Origin: Nemertoderma westbladi
Taxonomy: Eukaryota > Animalia > Xenacoelomorpha
Assembly (NCBI GenBank): GCA_032718475.1
Contig: JAUCBJ010001398.1
Location: 1-64,000 of the forward strand
Length of the DNA: 64,000 bases
Reading direction: 5' to 3'
Shown here: positions 24,003 to 37,508 of the stretch, piece by piece
Numbering within the stretch: the stretch's first letter is position 1
How the letters are laid out: every line of letters begins with the position of its first letter
Position numbers and translations under genes: made by a program
The notes under the pieces: generated by a model
The model's database searches: none
The model's input: only the letters and a program-made list of their open reading frames with translations
What the model was told of the DNA's origin: nothing

Positions 24003-25834
24003 TAAAAAAAATTTAAAAATAAAAGTTATAATTTACTGTAATTTATTCTCTTTTCGATGGTTTTCTATGCATTTTCAACCTCATTTAAAAAAAACACCAG
24101 GGGGGGGGGGGGGGCTTAACAAATCTATATTTCGCTTGGTGCTTGGATTACAGGCACCTGACCACTCACTTCATACTTCTTCTTATCTTACAATATAAGA
24201 TGGGGGTGTCTATATCATAACTCGTCGACCTCTCATCGTTATCGCCAGCTCTGATGTGGTCCGGGCAATTTTTCTGCCTCTAAAACAACCAATATATATA
24301 TTGCAGTGCCAGCATACCACCCATTTTTATCTTCCTTTTTAATGTAATAATATTTGTTACTGTTTCAAGATGCGTTTAATGTTTTTGTGCAATTATAATT
24401 ATGTTTTAAGTTTTAAAAAAATCGTAATTTTATAAATTTTTTGATTATACTCAATATACTGTATACGTTTTTTCGAAATGAGAGGGAGAGGGGCGCCGGA
24501 ATCAATTCTCGTCTTGTTACAGGGCGCGAGAAACCTCGGTACGCATCTGTGGGGTGGGGGGGGCTCCCATCTGTGGGAACTAGAACGGAAACCTTATACG
24601 TGTGGGATTGTCCTTGTAGCCCTACAACCCATCTCCGCTACGCTACTCCGTTATCTATAAGCCCCTATTCTGTTCGGTAATCCGATACTTTGTTTTGAGC
24701 CCAACTGCCTCCATCTAGTCCCCCTGTCAATCATTCCATCCCCTAAATCGTCGTGCAGTAATCTACTGAACTCAGGCTCTCCGCTTCTATGGTTCCCCCA
24801 AACTGTTACCAATTACATTAATTATTGTGTGTCCTCTTCTTTATTGTGGCACATTCTGGACTGCTAAAGGAAACCAGTAACGTGGTATACTTTATAAACA
24901 ATGAAGTTGCGAATTTGTAATAATTATTTTTTAATTTTTTAGACATTGGCGCTCGGACTGTGAATTTGTAATTTTATCAATAACCGCTAATATATTGGAT
25001 CATCTGTCTACTTTATTATCTTCTCGAGGCTCTCGATTTAAACAATCTAGTTTGTCGTTTTCTCATTCTATCTCAAGGTCGGTTGAATAAATTACAAATT
25101 TACTCATAGCTATTTCCTAGGAGCATTCATTTCATTGGCCCCTAAAAAAATACTATCTGTATAATATTGTGTATATTATTATATGTATATTATTGTATAT
25201 CCCAATTGGGAGAAAAATGAGTGCTTGTTTTCTTTACCTAGGGAATAAAGTAACCCGCTTGATTGCATTGATTTAACTTTTTTTCTCAGCGAAAAAAGTA
25301 AAATAACATTTTTTTGTGAAATTTCTTATAAAATTTTCCCATGTAATAAATAATTATAATTATCTGTAAAAAGGTATTATGCCATTCGTTTACACCGTTG
25401 TCGGCGTTGTCACCGCGTCATACTAAATAGCCCCAGACGTCATTTGATTATTAAACACAAATATATTTTATTACATTATGTCAACTTATCACCGTTATAG
25501 GTGATACCCACTTCACATCGTGTGGGTGCGGGCTATGGGACGGAACGCTGTATATTAATCATTAACTTAGTACCGGTAACAATAAACTTATAATTGTCAT
25601 TCTCCATAGGTGATAGCCATTGCAGGCTACGTGTAAGTTTAGCCTACAGTTGTTTCAGTAACAGCAATTAATTGCATAATAAGGATCCAAATTCAAAATT
25701 CAGAACGTCCGACAAGATTACATAATGTATAACAAAAATTACTTATTGTGTATCCTCTCTCGCAGCATTCTCTTTCTTGGCATATAAATACACTCTGATA
25801 ATAACACTGAAAAGTGCTACTTTACACACAGTTA

Positions 25835-26745
25835 CACATGTCCCAGAATATAGTGTCGTAATTCAGTGACACCCCCCCCCCCCCCCCCCTAATTTTTCTA
25901 CAAATCTTAATGAGATTGCATGAAATTTGAAACAGAGATAGTTTCACCTCCCGACCACTGACTGGGTGAGCCAGAATTTTATTTTTGCTTTCAATCTTTA
26001 GCTACAAGCGTTTAAAAAAGTGTCTCCAGCGATATTACACCAGTTACACCGCAGTTATTCTTCTACCTTATAGCTGTTTGTTGGTACCAATGGAAAGCTG
26101 GCCATGCAAGGATTCCAAATATGTAACACAATTTGAATTTCGTTGAAAAATAGCTGAGATATGAGCGTTCAAATCTTGCATGGTTTTGCACCGGCGCGAG
26201 GTTATTTTATTCTATTTAATAAATAAACCATATTCTGGAACATTTTTTAAATGTATGAATAGCTACGTAATAGTATGATTAAAGATGTAATGCATTGTTG
26301 CCCAGCTACGTATTTGGATAAACAAAATATTCCAGATTATGATGCATTTATTAAATAGAATAAAATAGCCTCGCGCCGGTGCAAAACCATGCAACATTTG
26401 AACGCTCATATCTCAGCTATTTTTCAACGAAATTCAAATTGTGTTACATATTTGGAATCCTTGCATGACCAGCTTTCCATTGGTACCAACAAACAGCTAT
26501 AAGGTAGAAGAATAACTGCGGTGTAACTGGTGTAATATCGCTGGAGACACTTTTTTTAAACGCTTGTAGCTAAAGATTGAAAGCAAAAATAAAAATTCTG
26601 GCTCACCCAGTCAGTGGTCGGGAGGTGAAACTATCTCTGTTTCAAATTTCATGCAATCTCATTAAGATTTGTAGAAAATTAGGGGGGGGGGGGGGGGGGG
26701 GGGGGGGTGTCACTGAATTACGACACTATATTCTGGGACATGGTG
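25835..26745. mobile_element. Tc1/mariner-type (TA TSD) palindromic MITE, family B
   Basis: TA flanks; ~400-bp near-perfect inverted arms (CATGTCCCAGAATATAGTGTCG..); empty site AAAGTGCTACTTTACACACAGTATGTAAATAGTTAT at ~39922-39957. Confidence 0.92.
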
Positions 26746-27189
26746 TATGTAAATAGTTATAATCCACTGTCAAGCAATTACTACATTAAGGTAGATGTTC
26801 TAGAATCTTTAAATATGGATAGAAACAAACAAACAAAAGATCGCAAAGGTTATAGAACCAGACCAGCCGTTCTTATAGTATAAAGCTGTAAAGTAGCTTT
26901 CTATCTGGGATTGTCAATCTTCTGTTCTAGAAGGCTATCTACAAATATATTTAACTTAATTCATAATTAGCACAAAGAAGCCCTTGCAGCATTCCCTTTG
27001 TTATCACACTCGCTGGTGAACTAACATCACGCGTGAACAATGACATAGTTAGTATATTTCTTTATTTCATTTTATTTTATGATTCATTTTATACTGTTTT
27101 AACTTTGATCCTATTTATTAAGTTTTATTAAATTTTGATATATTTAATTAAATTATTTTCATCTGTTCTTCACACTGTAAACCAACCCG

Positions 27190-28161
27190 TTACTTTGCTT
27201 GGAGGTACAACACAACTCCCGTCACCAGTCCCCCAACCGATGCCATGATGTCGTCCTTCATAGTTTCACACCAACTAACAGCCCGACTGAACGGGTTTCG
27301 AGTTTCAACGTTTTTATAGTTCCTCATGACATTGACTTCTACATCATTGTCTGCTGCCCATTGTTCTATTGGAGGGACTTCTATAAGAAATGTCTCAATT
27401 GTTTTAATCAACTCTTTCCCGATCCAGAACACAGATATACCAAAGATAATACCCAATGATATCATTAATAGACGCATACACACACCTCCCCTTACCTCAG
27501 TAGTCGAATTACATTTACTACCCATAATAATGCTTTGGTCTGTCTGGGTGCCCTTGTCACTTCTCAACACCTTCTTATTATTCGCAGCTTTCAATACCGG
27601 TGTATCATTGACTTTATATCCCACTCTCGTATGCGACGGTACATTATTTCCCGACACATGTGCAATATTGTTATTCCGTTTCATCTCGTCTTCTCTAATC
27701 TCCTCTAGTAGATTTGACATACTCTGAATTATAGAGATGTCTTCATCAGTTAGATACCTCACTCTCCGAGCGTCGCATGCAGCAAAATCATCCTCTAGAT
27801 CAGTATCTTCCTCTTCAACACTTTCTGGAGTTAGCATTCGTTGATTACACCTACTATTGCTTTCTTCCACGTTGTTGTGGCTAATTTCTTTAAAGATTTC
27901 TTCTAACGGAAATTTATTCCGTTTGCGGAAATGTTGTGTTATCGCCGTAGTCCTCAAATCGTTCACCTTGTTTATTTTCCTTCTGCGCACTGGACTGGCG
28001 GCGGCCAAGGAGCGCCTCGCTTCGGCACGCCTCCTGCCGGCCTGTCCTGCTAACGGACTCTGGGGGTGGGTCCTCCTATGGGAGCGTCGGTTTCTACCCA
28101 GTGTCTGCGGGATGGGGACCAACCTTCCCCCTATCCTATCTCCTTGCCCTTGGTTATTCAT
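27190..28161 (-). CDS. Intronless orphan protein, 323 aa: basic N-terminus, acidic patch, KxTQT motif, two hydrophobic segments
   Basis: Long ATG-started ORF, more GC-rich than its flanks; AATAAA downstream (~27113-27129); no family recognised. Confidence 0.6.
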   Translation of the reverse strand: MNNQGQGDRIGGRLVPIPQTLGRNRRSHRRTHPQSPLAGQAGRRRAEARRSLAAASPVRRRKINKVNDLRTTAITQHFRKRNKFPLEEIFKEISHNNVEESNSRCNQRMLTPESVEEEDTDLEDDFAACDARRVRYLTDEDISIIQSMSNLLEEIREDEMKRNNNIAHVSGNNVPSHTRVGYKVNDTPVLKAANNKKVLRSDKGTQTDQSIIMGSKCNSTTEVRGGVCMRLLMISLGIIFGISVFWIGKELIKTIETFLIEVPPIEQWAADNDVEVNVMRNYKNVETRNPFSRAVSWCETMKDDIMASVGGLVTGVVLYLQAK

Positions 28162-28287
28162 CGTGGGAACTGTTGATCAATTTAATTTATTATTTAATTT
28201 ATACGGCGAAATTTTACCACAAATTATATGATTATTACCTAATAATAGTTCTGATTATTAGGAACTCAGGACATAACCAAATTAGAT

Positions 28288-28347
28288 ACCGGAGTTATAC
28301 TAGATAGCACAAAATTTATCCTAAATTTAGTTAGAATTTAGTGCTAT
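28288..28347. mobile_element. Tiny Harbinger-like MITE remnant or hairpin
   Basis: TACTAGATAGCAC..GTGCTATCTAGTA inverted pair ending in AAACGGCCCC. Confidence 0.4.
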
Positions 28348-29315
28348 CTAGTAGAAAACGGCCCCTGGAATTGATTAGACGTTATTATCCTGTAATGTTT
28401 AAAAACTGTCTGCTATGTTAATAAGTATAAGTATAAATATGTAGCAGCCTAAATATAATGAAGTATAGTACAGTGAAATCCTTTTTTTAAACTTAGCTAT
28501 TTAATAAAACACTACCGTTACAATATAATTCACTCCCCATCCCATCTTGTAAGCTACTTTCAAATTTAGATGAAACAAATTCTAAAATAATCCAAAAAAT
28601 ATATTTTTTATATTGTTTTAATGTTCTATAACTTTTTATAGTTATTAGCTATAATATCCTATAAAATTTCCAAAAAAAAATAAGTAACAAAAAGTATAAA
28701 CAGTTTCCCATAACTATAGTTTATGACGCCTATAGTCTATAGCCTATAGTCTATAGTTTAGGACGCCTTGGGTGTACCTATAACACACCTGTCCAGTACT
28801 TCAAAATTATGTATTAAAAGTGGTTCTTTAATCTAGAATATTGTATTTATTGCATTTCTATGTTGACATATAATTTTTTGCGTATTTTTTTTTATTTGAT
28901 TTTATTGTCAATTAGGTTCAATTTAATACATGCTTTATTAAGTTTATGGAGTACATTTGGTATTTTTATTCATTAATATTTTCACCTCTAAAAATACATT
29001 TTTGACGCGTAGAAATTTATATTTTAGCGCGTAATAATTTAAATATTTATTTTACAAAAAGAAAGTACTATTTTTTGTCCGACTTATTTATCTGCATTTT
29101 TTGAAGAATAGTAGAATGTATAACATTTTTTCCGAGGTGTAGCCGAGGAATAAATGAACATTATACTATGCACATTGTAGAAGATGTTGTTTTCTTTTAA
29201 AAATTGACTTTTTCTCCCCAAAAATGAGAACAAAAACGACTTTTTCCCCAATATCAACCCACATTTAAAATTATTAATTCTGATTAAATTAAATAAATTA
29301 TTGGAAGTTGAAGGT

Positions 29316-29620
29316 ACACGTTCGTGAGCAAAGCCTTTAGCATATGGGTACCATTAACGAGTTGTCTGCCGTTAGTCAGAAGTATTCAACACAATACTCG
29401 TCCTCCTCTTGTGCCTCGTTGCGTTCGTTCGTTTTTGACGAAACTTCAATTCTTTCTAAACTTTTGACGGACTACATACATACCAAGTTTCGTTTAATTT
29501 CATCAAGGAATAACCGAGTTATTAGCGTTCAAAAATTTACGACAGACGGCGACGACGACAGACAACTCGCCAATGGCACCCATATGCTAAGGCTTCGCTC
29601 ACTTCGTGGCTCGCCCCACA
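29316..29620 (+). mobile_element. Helentron/HINE-like element, short copy
   Basis: Same termini as 6810-7376; subterminal inverted repeat AGCCTTTAGCATATGGGTACCATT / AATGGCACCCATATGCTAAGGCT. Confidence 0.6.
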
Positions 29621-30113
29621 TTGAGCACCAGTAGCTACCATTTATTCCTTCTTTAAAATATTCCCTTTTGAATTTGAACTAACAAAATTATCGCAAATTT
29701 GATGTAATTAAGCACCAATTGTGTAATTAAATAATAATATCTACTTTGTTTGTGAAGGTGATATTCCAGGAACGTTAATCAAATAATCAAACCAAAAATT
29801 TGATTAAACTAGCTACTTTATTCAAAAGATCGTACAACTAAACATTTTAATGCTAAATTTATTAATAATTACCAGCGTATTTACTGATCTAGAATAAATA
29901 ATGCGAAATGAACAGATAATAATTATCTCCCATGTCTCCCATTATTTCCCATGTAATACGTAATTTTACTCTTAAATTTGTACTTTTTTGTTGCTAAAAT
30001 CTGTAATAAAACATAGCAATATACTACAGACAGTACAGTAGTGTTACAAAATAAATTGAACTGTAGTATTTTACTATATTGCTTCCATAGTTACTACGAT
30101 TCAAATTATTGTA

Positions 30114-31075
30114 CACCACGTCCCGTAATATAGTGTCATTTTCTGATGACACGATTTTACTTGACATGATTTTAAAAAAGTGTCTTTTACGAAATTGCAC
30201 CCTCTGTATCGTGGCCATTCTTCACATTAGTCGTAATTTTTTCATATCATTAAAAAAGCTGCAAGGATTCAAAATATGTAACAATATCTGAATTTCGTTG
30301 AGAAACAGCTGAAATTAGGCGTTCAAAGATTGCAAGAACGATCATTCGCTGTAGGACATTTATTCTATCAAATATATACACAAAATTCTAGAATGTGTTA
30401 TTTATTTCATGAGTTGGTTGGCAACAGTGGTATTACTATCCAATATATCTAGCGAACGATACTTATTGCAATTTTTGAAAGCCTATATCTCATCTGTTTC
30501 TCAACGAAATTCAGATATTGTTACATATTTTGAATCTTTGCAACGCAAGCTTTCCAATGATAGGAAAAAATTACGACTAATTTGAAGAATGAAAATGATA
30601 CGGAGGGTGCGATTTCGCAAAAGACACTTTTTTAAAACGCTTATTAATAATAATAATAATAATAATATTGGTTATTTATATAGCGCTTTTCTACGCTCAG
30701 CATACTCAAAGCGCTTTTTATTATCATTACCCCAGCAAAGTTAGGTTCCCATTATACCGCTGGGTTGGCGCAGGCACTAATGTCTAAAGTGTCTTGCCTA
30801 GGGACACAACAATGCGAAATTTCTACAGCCTTTAGTCGGATTCGAACCTGCGCCACCAAACACTATTGTGTAAGCAGTTCAGGCGCCGTATCCACTCGGA
30901 CACTGCGACATTTTGTAAAAAATTTAAAGGCGAAATCGAAAATTCCGGCTTCATGGGGTCAACGACGGTGAGTGGAACTAGTTGTGTTTCAAATTTCAAG
31001 CAATATGATAAAGATTTTTAGAAAAATCTGGGGGGGGGGTTATCAGAAAATGACACTATATTACGGTTCATGGTG
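30114..31075. mobile_element. Family B TA-MITE containing a SINE
   Basis: TA|CACCACGTCCCGTAATATAGTGTC .. GACACTATATTACGGTTCATGGTG|TA; the family A copy at ~11745-11765 is the empty site. Confidence 0.88.
30643..30909 (-). mobile_element. tRNA-derived SINE with CORE-like domain and L2-like tail
   Basis: Minus strand: A-box-like TGTCCGAGTGG, B-box GGTTCGAATCC, TGTGTCCCTAGGCAAGACACTT, tail AAGCGCTTTGAG..AAAAGCGCTATATAAAT followed by (ATT)n. Other copies at 62141-62270 and 52834-53010. Confidence 0.85.
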
Positions 31076-34000
31076 TACTCTTCAACTCTCGATGTTACCT
31101 TACTCAATGTTAAAATGATTAGTATTCTTGAATATTTATTAACTAACTAGAGAGCCGCTTAACAACATAAACCAATATTGGATATTGAGTTCCGTTTTGG
31201 TGTACGCCGCGCAGATACTAAAGTTGCAATAACTTTTGAGTGTGTGAACGGATTTCGCTCAAAATACTTGCAAACCTTTTCTACGTCGATACTCTTTCAA
31301 CACATTTAATAAAAATTTAAAAAATTCCACAAAAAATGTTTTACTTTGCTTTTTTCGCCGGGATAAAAGTAAAATCAATGCAATGTAATGCATTGTAACA
31401 ATTTAAGAAAAAATAGTTATATTCTTAAATTGTTACTTTTTTGCTCGAATATACCCCAAAATGTGGAGAAAAGTTTCATGTTGTTTATAATGTTGTCACT
31501 GCAGATATTGTTAGAGCTTAGAGGTATATAAATTACCATGCTATACCTAGTATATATATTGTAAATTAGTCAGGATGTGGTTTCAAAATCTGCTAGTTTT
31601 ACCTTCGGGCCCATTTTCTCGACAAAAGAACATTCACTTTACATCTGCTTACATATAAGGTGGCAGTGAAACAAACAACTGAATTCAGTCCCTTATTGTA
31701 TTCCATTTATTGTTATTGAATTCAGTGGTGCGTGTAACGGGTATGAATGGGGTTGGGGTCATGTGAATTAGAAAAATGGTATTCGAAAACAGGAAATCTT
31801 ATTGTTGTACTTTCTTGTAAAGTATTTATAAGGTAGTGGATGTGTTCACATTGAAGTAGTTTGTTGTTGTAGTTCTAAAATTAACAGAATTGTAAATATA
31901 TATGTAAGGGTAGGGGGGGGGGGGGGGGGGGGGGAATAGAAAACTGAAATAGAAAACGGCTCAACAGTTGAAAAGTGGAGAGAGCACAAAAATAGTATAA
32001 TTTTTTTCACGCTAAAAATTAAAAATTACACTATAAAAACAATAAAAAACAAGAGTTTTATTTACGGTTGGAGATTTTATTATACATCCACCTTCAAATC
32101 ATTCTCATTCAATGTAATGACTTCACCTTCACTCTTATTCACTTATTTTATATAGTCCTTTTCTCACTCCCTCGTCCCTCGTTCTTTTTATGTAGTTATG
32201 AGTTGCCCAGAACACCATCTGTGGAATTTGAACTATCTTGGCATCTACATTTTTAGTTGGCCTTAACTACCGCAGCACCACAACTAATGCTTATCACAAC
32301 AATAAGTTAACTAAATGGATTCTTTTGTTGCTCTAGTTACAGTAAGTAGGTTGTTTTAGTATTCACATAAACATAATAAATGCACAATGCTTTGAATTAA
32401 ATTTTCAACCTTTTTAACAGAATCTGTAAGGAACAATTAATATTTTCTATGTGATGGTTTCTCATTAAGTAGAAGTTCGAGCCATTTTGTGGGCACAAAC
32501 AAACATACATACCTACATACATGCATATACACACTCCAAATTCTCCTATCTTCAAATTGTATACAAAAATGTTGTAAAAAATCCTATCTAAATTCGGGGC
32601 TGTTATAATGTGATGACGATTGTATATTGTTATATAAAGTTAAGGACCTTTCCTCTGCGAAACAATGCAACTAACATTCGTCCACCAATAATAGCTATCA
32701 GCTCCAACTGTTTACTCACAGTTCCTTAACGAGGTCACAAACAGGTGGTCACGTGTCCCACGACCGTGACCCAGTCACAGTGTCGCGACCCCATCTATAT
32801 TCCTATGTACAACACTAACGATACAAATCCGACGCAATATATTGTTTACCGTGTTCGCGGCCGTGGGACCTGCCTGCCTTATCTCACGGGCCGACACGAA
32901 AGTCAAATTGTCCACAATGGGAACGTGTTATTTGTTCGCAATCATTCGGTGGGGGGTCGTAAGTTCCAGTTACCAGAACGTCGTTCTGCAACTCAACTTC
33001 ACCTTATTTTAAACTTTGTTAATCCATAAGCCCTCTATTGTAATTGTGTTCTACGGAATACGGTAACACTTTAATAACCAGTGTAGCTAGCTGTAGGTAG
33101 GGCTTTCACTTTTGTTTGCGGTCAATATATGGCCTTCTTCTAGGCGTCTAATGAAATAAGGCTTTGTAAAAGGATAAACTTAAGGGATTTAGGAGTTAGT
33201 TGTAGTTCGTTATTGTAGGGTATAAAAGTGAAGTTAAACCGGTGATTATATGACCGAATCGATTCAGTTTGCCGCAGTTGTGGTCAATGATCTCAGTGGG
33301 AACCACGAGTTTTAGCTCACGACACACTGGGCAGAAAATATGTCGCATATGAATTTAACTAACTGTTTTAGATAAATCTAATTTCTTGATGGTTTTTTGA
33401 ATGAAAGGAATACAATGTACAAATTTATTTGTACATTTCTAGATATTATAGTTTACTTTATTATTAAAGACGGATGGGTATTTTTGATTATAAAAAAAGT
33501 TTAAAACAAGTGTACGAAATACAAATCAGGCACTCATGACTCAATACCGACTGCGAACTACTTTTAAGATGTTGTCTTTTTCGTTTATATTTCACACCAC
33601 CACACCAAGAGTACCACCCACATGGAAGAAGTTAACAAGATCCTTGCTATATGTCACTTAGTTTATCAAAAACACAATTGTGGTTTCGCCATGATATTGT
33701 TCTGCGGGTTGTAATACGGGTCGATGATTGACATTACTTAAACATTGGGAGGCTATAAAAGTATACAATATATTATACAGCCAGTTAGTTTGGTGGGAGT
33801 TGGGAGGTGCCCCATGGTGTTTGCCCCCATCGTGTGTCTTTACGGCCCTTCTTCACCCACTTAACTTCAGTTAAAATGTTTGTAAATATTTTATGCTGTG
33901 AATCTCCCAATATACTTGAATTCATCCTCCGACGATATCAAAGTGTTTCCATTATTTTTCGCTGCTTGATCCCAATTTGTGGTTTCTGTATTACCTATTA

Positions 34001-35760
34001 CGCCATTGTGATACATTTATACCAACGCCGTTCCTTCTTAACCCCCATTATAACTAATCGTCCGAAGTGCCTATCGAAGAAATTCTATAAATATTTAATG
34101 TTTTTGTTGTGAATATTTGATAGGAACGCCGACGATGTTTGCCAACTAAGTTAAGATCGCCGATTTCATAACATTTTCATTGTTTCGATCCACATGTTTC
34201 CCATTAAATTTTTAGTTTCTTTTATGTGCATCTTTTCTTGATTTAGGTGATGATTTTGGAGGGCGCACTCATTTTGATATTCTGATTTCGCGATAAACGA
34301 TTTCTTTCCCTACCACCCTATCAATACAAAGTAAAGTGTCATTTGTTTTGACACTTCTATCCATCGTTTGACACCAATTTTGGTTTCATTCAAGCCTCAA
34401 TTGAGGATTTATTGGGAGTGAGTAGGTGAGATTTGTTTTATCATTTTCTCAACTTTCTTGGAAACTGAAAGAATTTGGAAATTGAGAATTGTATAGTATA
34501 TTCGGAATCTGCAGATGAAGTCGGTTCTAAGAATATCTAAATAAAATTAAAAAAAAAACGCGAATTTTAATTTCATATCAATAGAAGAATTATATCAACA
34601 TGTGGAAGTCAAAACTCCAATTATAATGGGGTATTTGTATTGTATTGTATATAATTCTGTATACCGTAAATTTATTTATACGTCAAAACATCATCAAAAT
34701 CGAAAAATAAGTTTACTTTTTGTTTAGGGAAAGCCATGTCGAAGTCCAATTAAGAGTACAGACATTCCTGAACAGAGAGCATTAATAGGGCATCCTTGGT
34801 AAGGTCTCTGGCGGGATCTCCATGGGTAGATCATTAGTTAAGGATCTCTAGTGAACGGTCACCATCAGCTGTCTCTGGTCCACCGTACGCCCATCCCTGT
34901 GTAAGGAGCTCATTAGCAGGAATAAACGATGACAAATATCCGACACACACACACACACAACCACCCGCACAATACCAAGACAAGCAGTAAGTAACGGCGG
35001 GCTGGGGGGTTCGCACCAGGTAAAACTAGTCCCAATTAGCGCAGAAATAAAAACTTAGGAAGGCACTCAATAATATACAAGTGAGGAATAGAATCTAACC
35101 CTGAGCGGAACAATTTTTATATGTATAAGATATTCACGTAATCTAGAACTGGGGTTGGAGTCGCTGGACCCTGGATTTACGTCAGCTTGTTAGATTATCC
35201 AGGATGATGCCTGACGGAACGTCAACGTACATAAACTGCATCCGGTAATCAGTCAGGTTTACTTGGTCGTCTTGTCTTTGTAAATTATCTCACCAGTTTT
35301 CATATTTATTGAGTAAATATCATCTTGAAAAATTCAATTTTATACTGCAAAAAACTGAGGAAAATAAGAGTATGAGACATGTGTGTTCTCTGTGCGTTGC
35401 TGTGCCTTTCCTTTGTATAAGTCATGTTGTCGTCAGCTTAGAGACACTGATACACGACCTATTTTTCAAAGAAATATTTCTATGAATACAGCGACAAGCG
35501 ACGATATTCGAATCCAAAACAATTTGCAACAAATTGAATTGCTATGATATAAAACTACGGCAACTCACTGATTTTCTATTATTGCTCTGCTATCTTACAC
35601 TGGTTTTCTAGTTTCGTTTTGATTTAAGTTTTGGTTGGATAGTGAAAGCATTCAACATTGGGAGTAAGAGTGTCTGCCTCCACGCCTATTTTTGTTTTAT
35701 TTGACGTTTTTATTGGTAGATTGAGGATATCTAATAAATAATGCAATTAAATTGAAAATC

Positions 35761-36014
35761 GAGCCGCGGTCGCACCGATTCCTCCTACAGAGGCTCCTCA
35801 TTGCCATTCAGATCGGCAATGCCGCTTCGATCTTAAGATCGATTAGGTCCACGGACGAGGGTCTGTTGGATCTCGTCTCCTAGGCTCCTCCACTTGCGTT
35901 CCCCGCTCCCTCTATCCCATCTCCCCTCCCCCTTATAACTCTTATTCCCCCGCCCCCTTTGTAATTTGTCTCTGTTTTATGTATATTTTTGTTTAATTGT
36001 GTTATTGAAATAAA
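35761..36014 (+). mobile_element. Extreme 3' end of a sister CRE-like retrotransposon
   Basis: Translates EPRSHRFLLQRLLIAIQIGNAASILRSIRSTDEGLLDLVS* (stop 35881-35883), homologous to the C-terminus of the 18110-24002 element; C-rich UTR and AATAAA at 36009. Confidence 0.85.
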
Positions 36015-36363
36015 TTTTCGTATGTAGTTAAATGTGCAAAATAAGGATGATTTGGATTGCTGCGCAATTGTATTTATAATTTAATTCATTAGAAATAATT
36101 GAAAATTCAAATTCAAAATACTCACTCGCGCTTTACAGGTAATAGCCAAGCGATGTGGTCCCCGGATTGCTCCATTGGTAGTATTTTAGGTTCACCGTTC
36201 ATCGCCTACCTACTTTACGATTTCCATAACTGTAGGCTTACCGAAAACCACGGTCTCGTGTTGAGTAAACTTAATACTTATTAGGATTACGTTATATTTT
36301 ATGGTGCTATATTTTCGTGATAAATATATGTAAAATAAATGTGTGCTATATTTTTATTACGCG

Positions 36364-36702
36364 ATGACCCGTAATATAGTGTCATTTTCTGATGACACGG
36401 ATTGACTGCATATATCTCAGCTGTTTCTCAAACGAAATTCAGACATTGCTACATATGGAATCCTTGCAACGCAAGCTTTCTTATGATATGAACAAATTAC
36501 GACAAATGTGAAGAATGGCCACGATACGGATTGTGCGATTTCACAAAAGACACTTTTTTAAAACGCATATAAAAACGTAAAGGCAAAATCGAAAATTCCA
36601 GCTTCATGGGGTCATCGACGGTGAGTGGAACTAGTGGTGTTTCAAATTTCAAGCAATATGATAAAGATTTGTAGAAAAATTGGGGGGGGGGGGGGGGGGG
36701 GG
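36364..36702. mobile_element. Internally deleted family B MITE
   Basis: Matches 30120-30155, 30485-30640 and 30920-31040. Confidence 0.8.
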
Positions 36703-36732
36703 AAATATACATTATATTATAGTAAACCTATT

Positions 36733-37508
36733 TATTTCAGTTCCAGTTCCCAAGAATATATAGTTTCAGTTTTATTTTCAGAAAGTTTTGCAAGTGTCTT
36801 GTTTACATACCGGTACATAACAAGCTGCCGTGCCCAATCGTGTGGTACCCACCGTTGGATCCGACTGCCATTTAATAAATATTTAATGAAAATAACCGGA
36901 ATTTTTAGCTGCAAAAAGGTAATTGTTAGGTTTACAATTACGCATTACTTGAAAATAAAATATATATTTGAGTAATTCAATTCCGAAAGGTGCTAAAATG
37001 GGTGCCAGGAACTCCCCATCTCGAAAACTACTGGAGCTATTACAATTTGTATTTGCATCATCTGAAAGAGGACGTAATTTAGTTAGGGCCAAGTACTTTC
37101 GACGTGCTAGACCTATTGTTTTAGAGATTCTATGATAGGCCTATTTAACTGGCCCACTAAATTTATGAACTTTGCAGCGATTTGGCTGTTCGTATCTATA
37201 GGTCTAGCAACACAATAAAGCAAATTACATTTATTTATTAAAGAAATGAAATTGTATTTATGAACAATAAAAACGCGAATTTTAAATTTTTTCTTATTCT
37301 CCATTTATAGATTATACTTTCAGTTTTAAATTTCTGGCAATTCAGTTCTAGTTCCAGTTCCAGTATTCCAAGATAACAAGTTTCAGTTCTAGTTTTAAAA
37401 AAATTAATGTTTCAGTTCTAGTTTCAGTTCCAGTTCACAAAAATTGCCAAAAACAATTTCAGTTCGATTTCAGTTCCAGTTCAATTTCAGTTTCAGTTCG
37501 CTGCACTA
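36733..37508. mobile_element. Old MITE with (TTCAG/TTCCAG/TTCTAG)n subterminal repeats
   Basis: Clusters of TTTCAGTTCCAG at 36733-36770 and 37320-37500. Confidence 0.4.

Larger units (their letters stand above)
29940..31460 (-). mobile_element. Family A copy interrupted by a family B MITE
   Basis: Collinear with 10550-12170. Confidence 0.75.

Noticed and set aside
30820-30909. tRNA gene
   Set aside because: The A and B boxes belong to a SINE head that continues into CORE-like and L2-like sequence.
33860-34450. Ancient RT remnant on the minus strand (NGNTL..EFKYIG)
   Set aside because: One short motif amid stops and frameshifts; not enough to call without a profile search.
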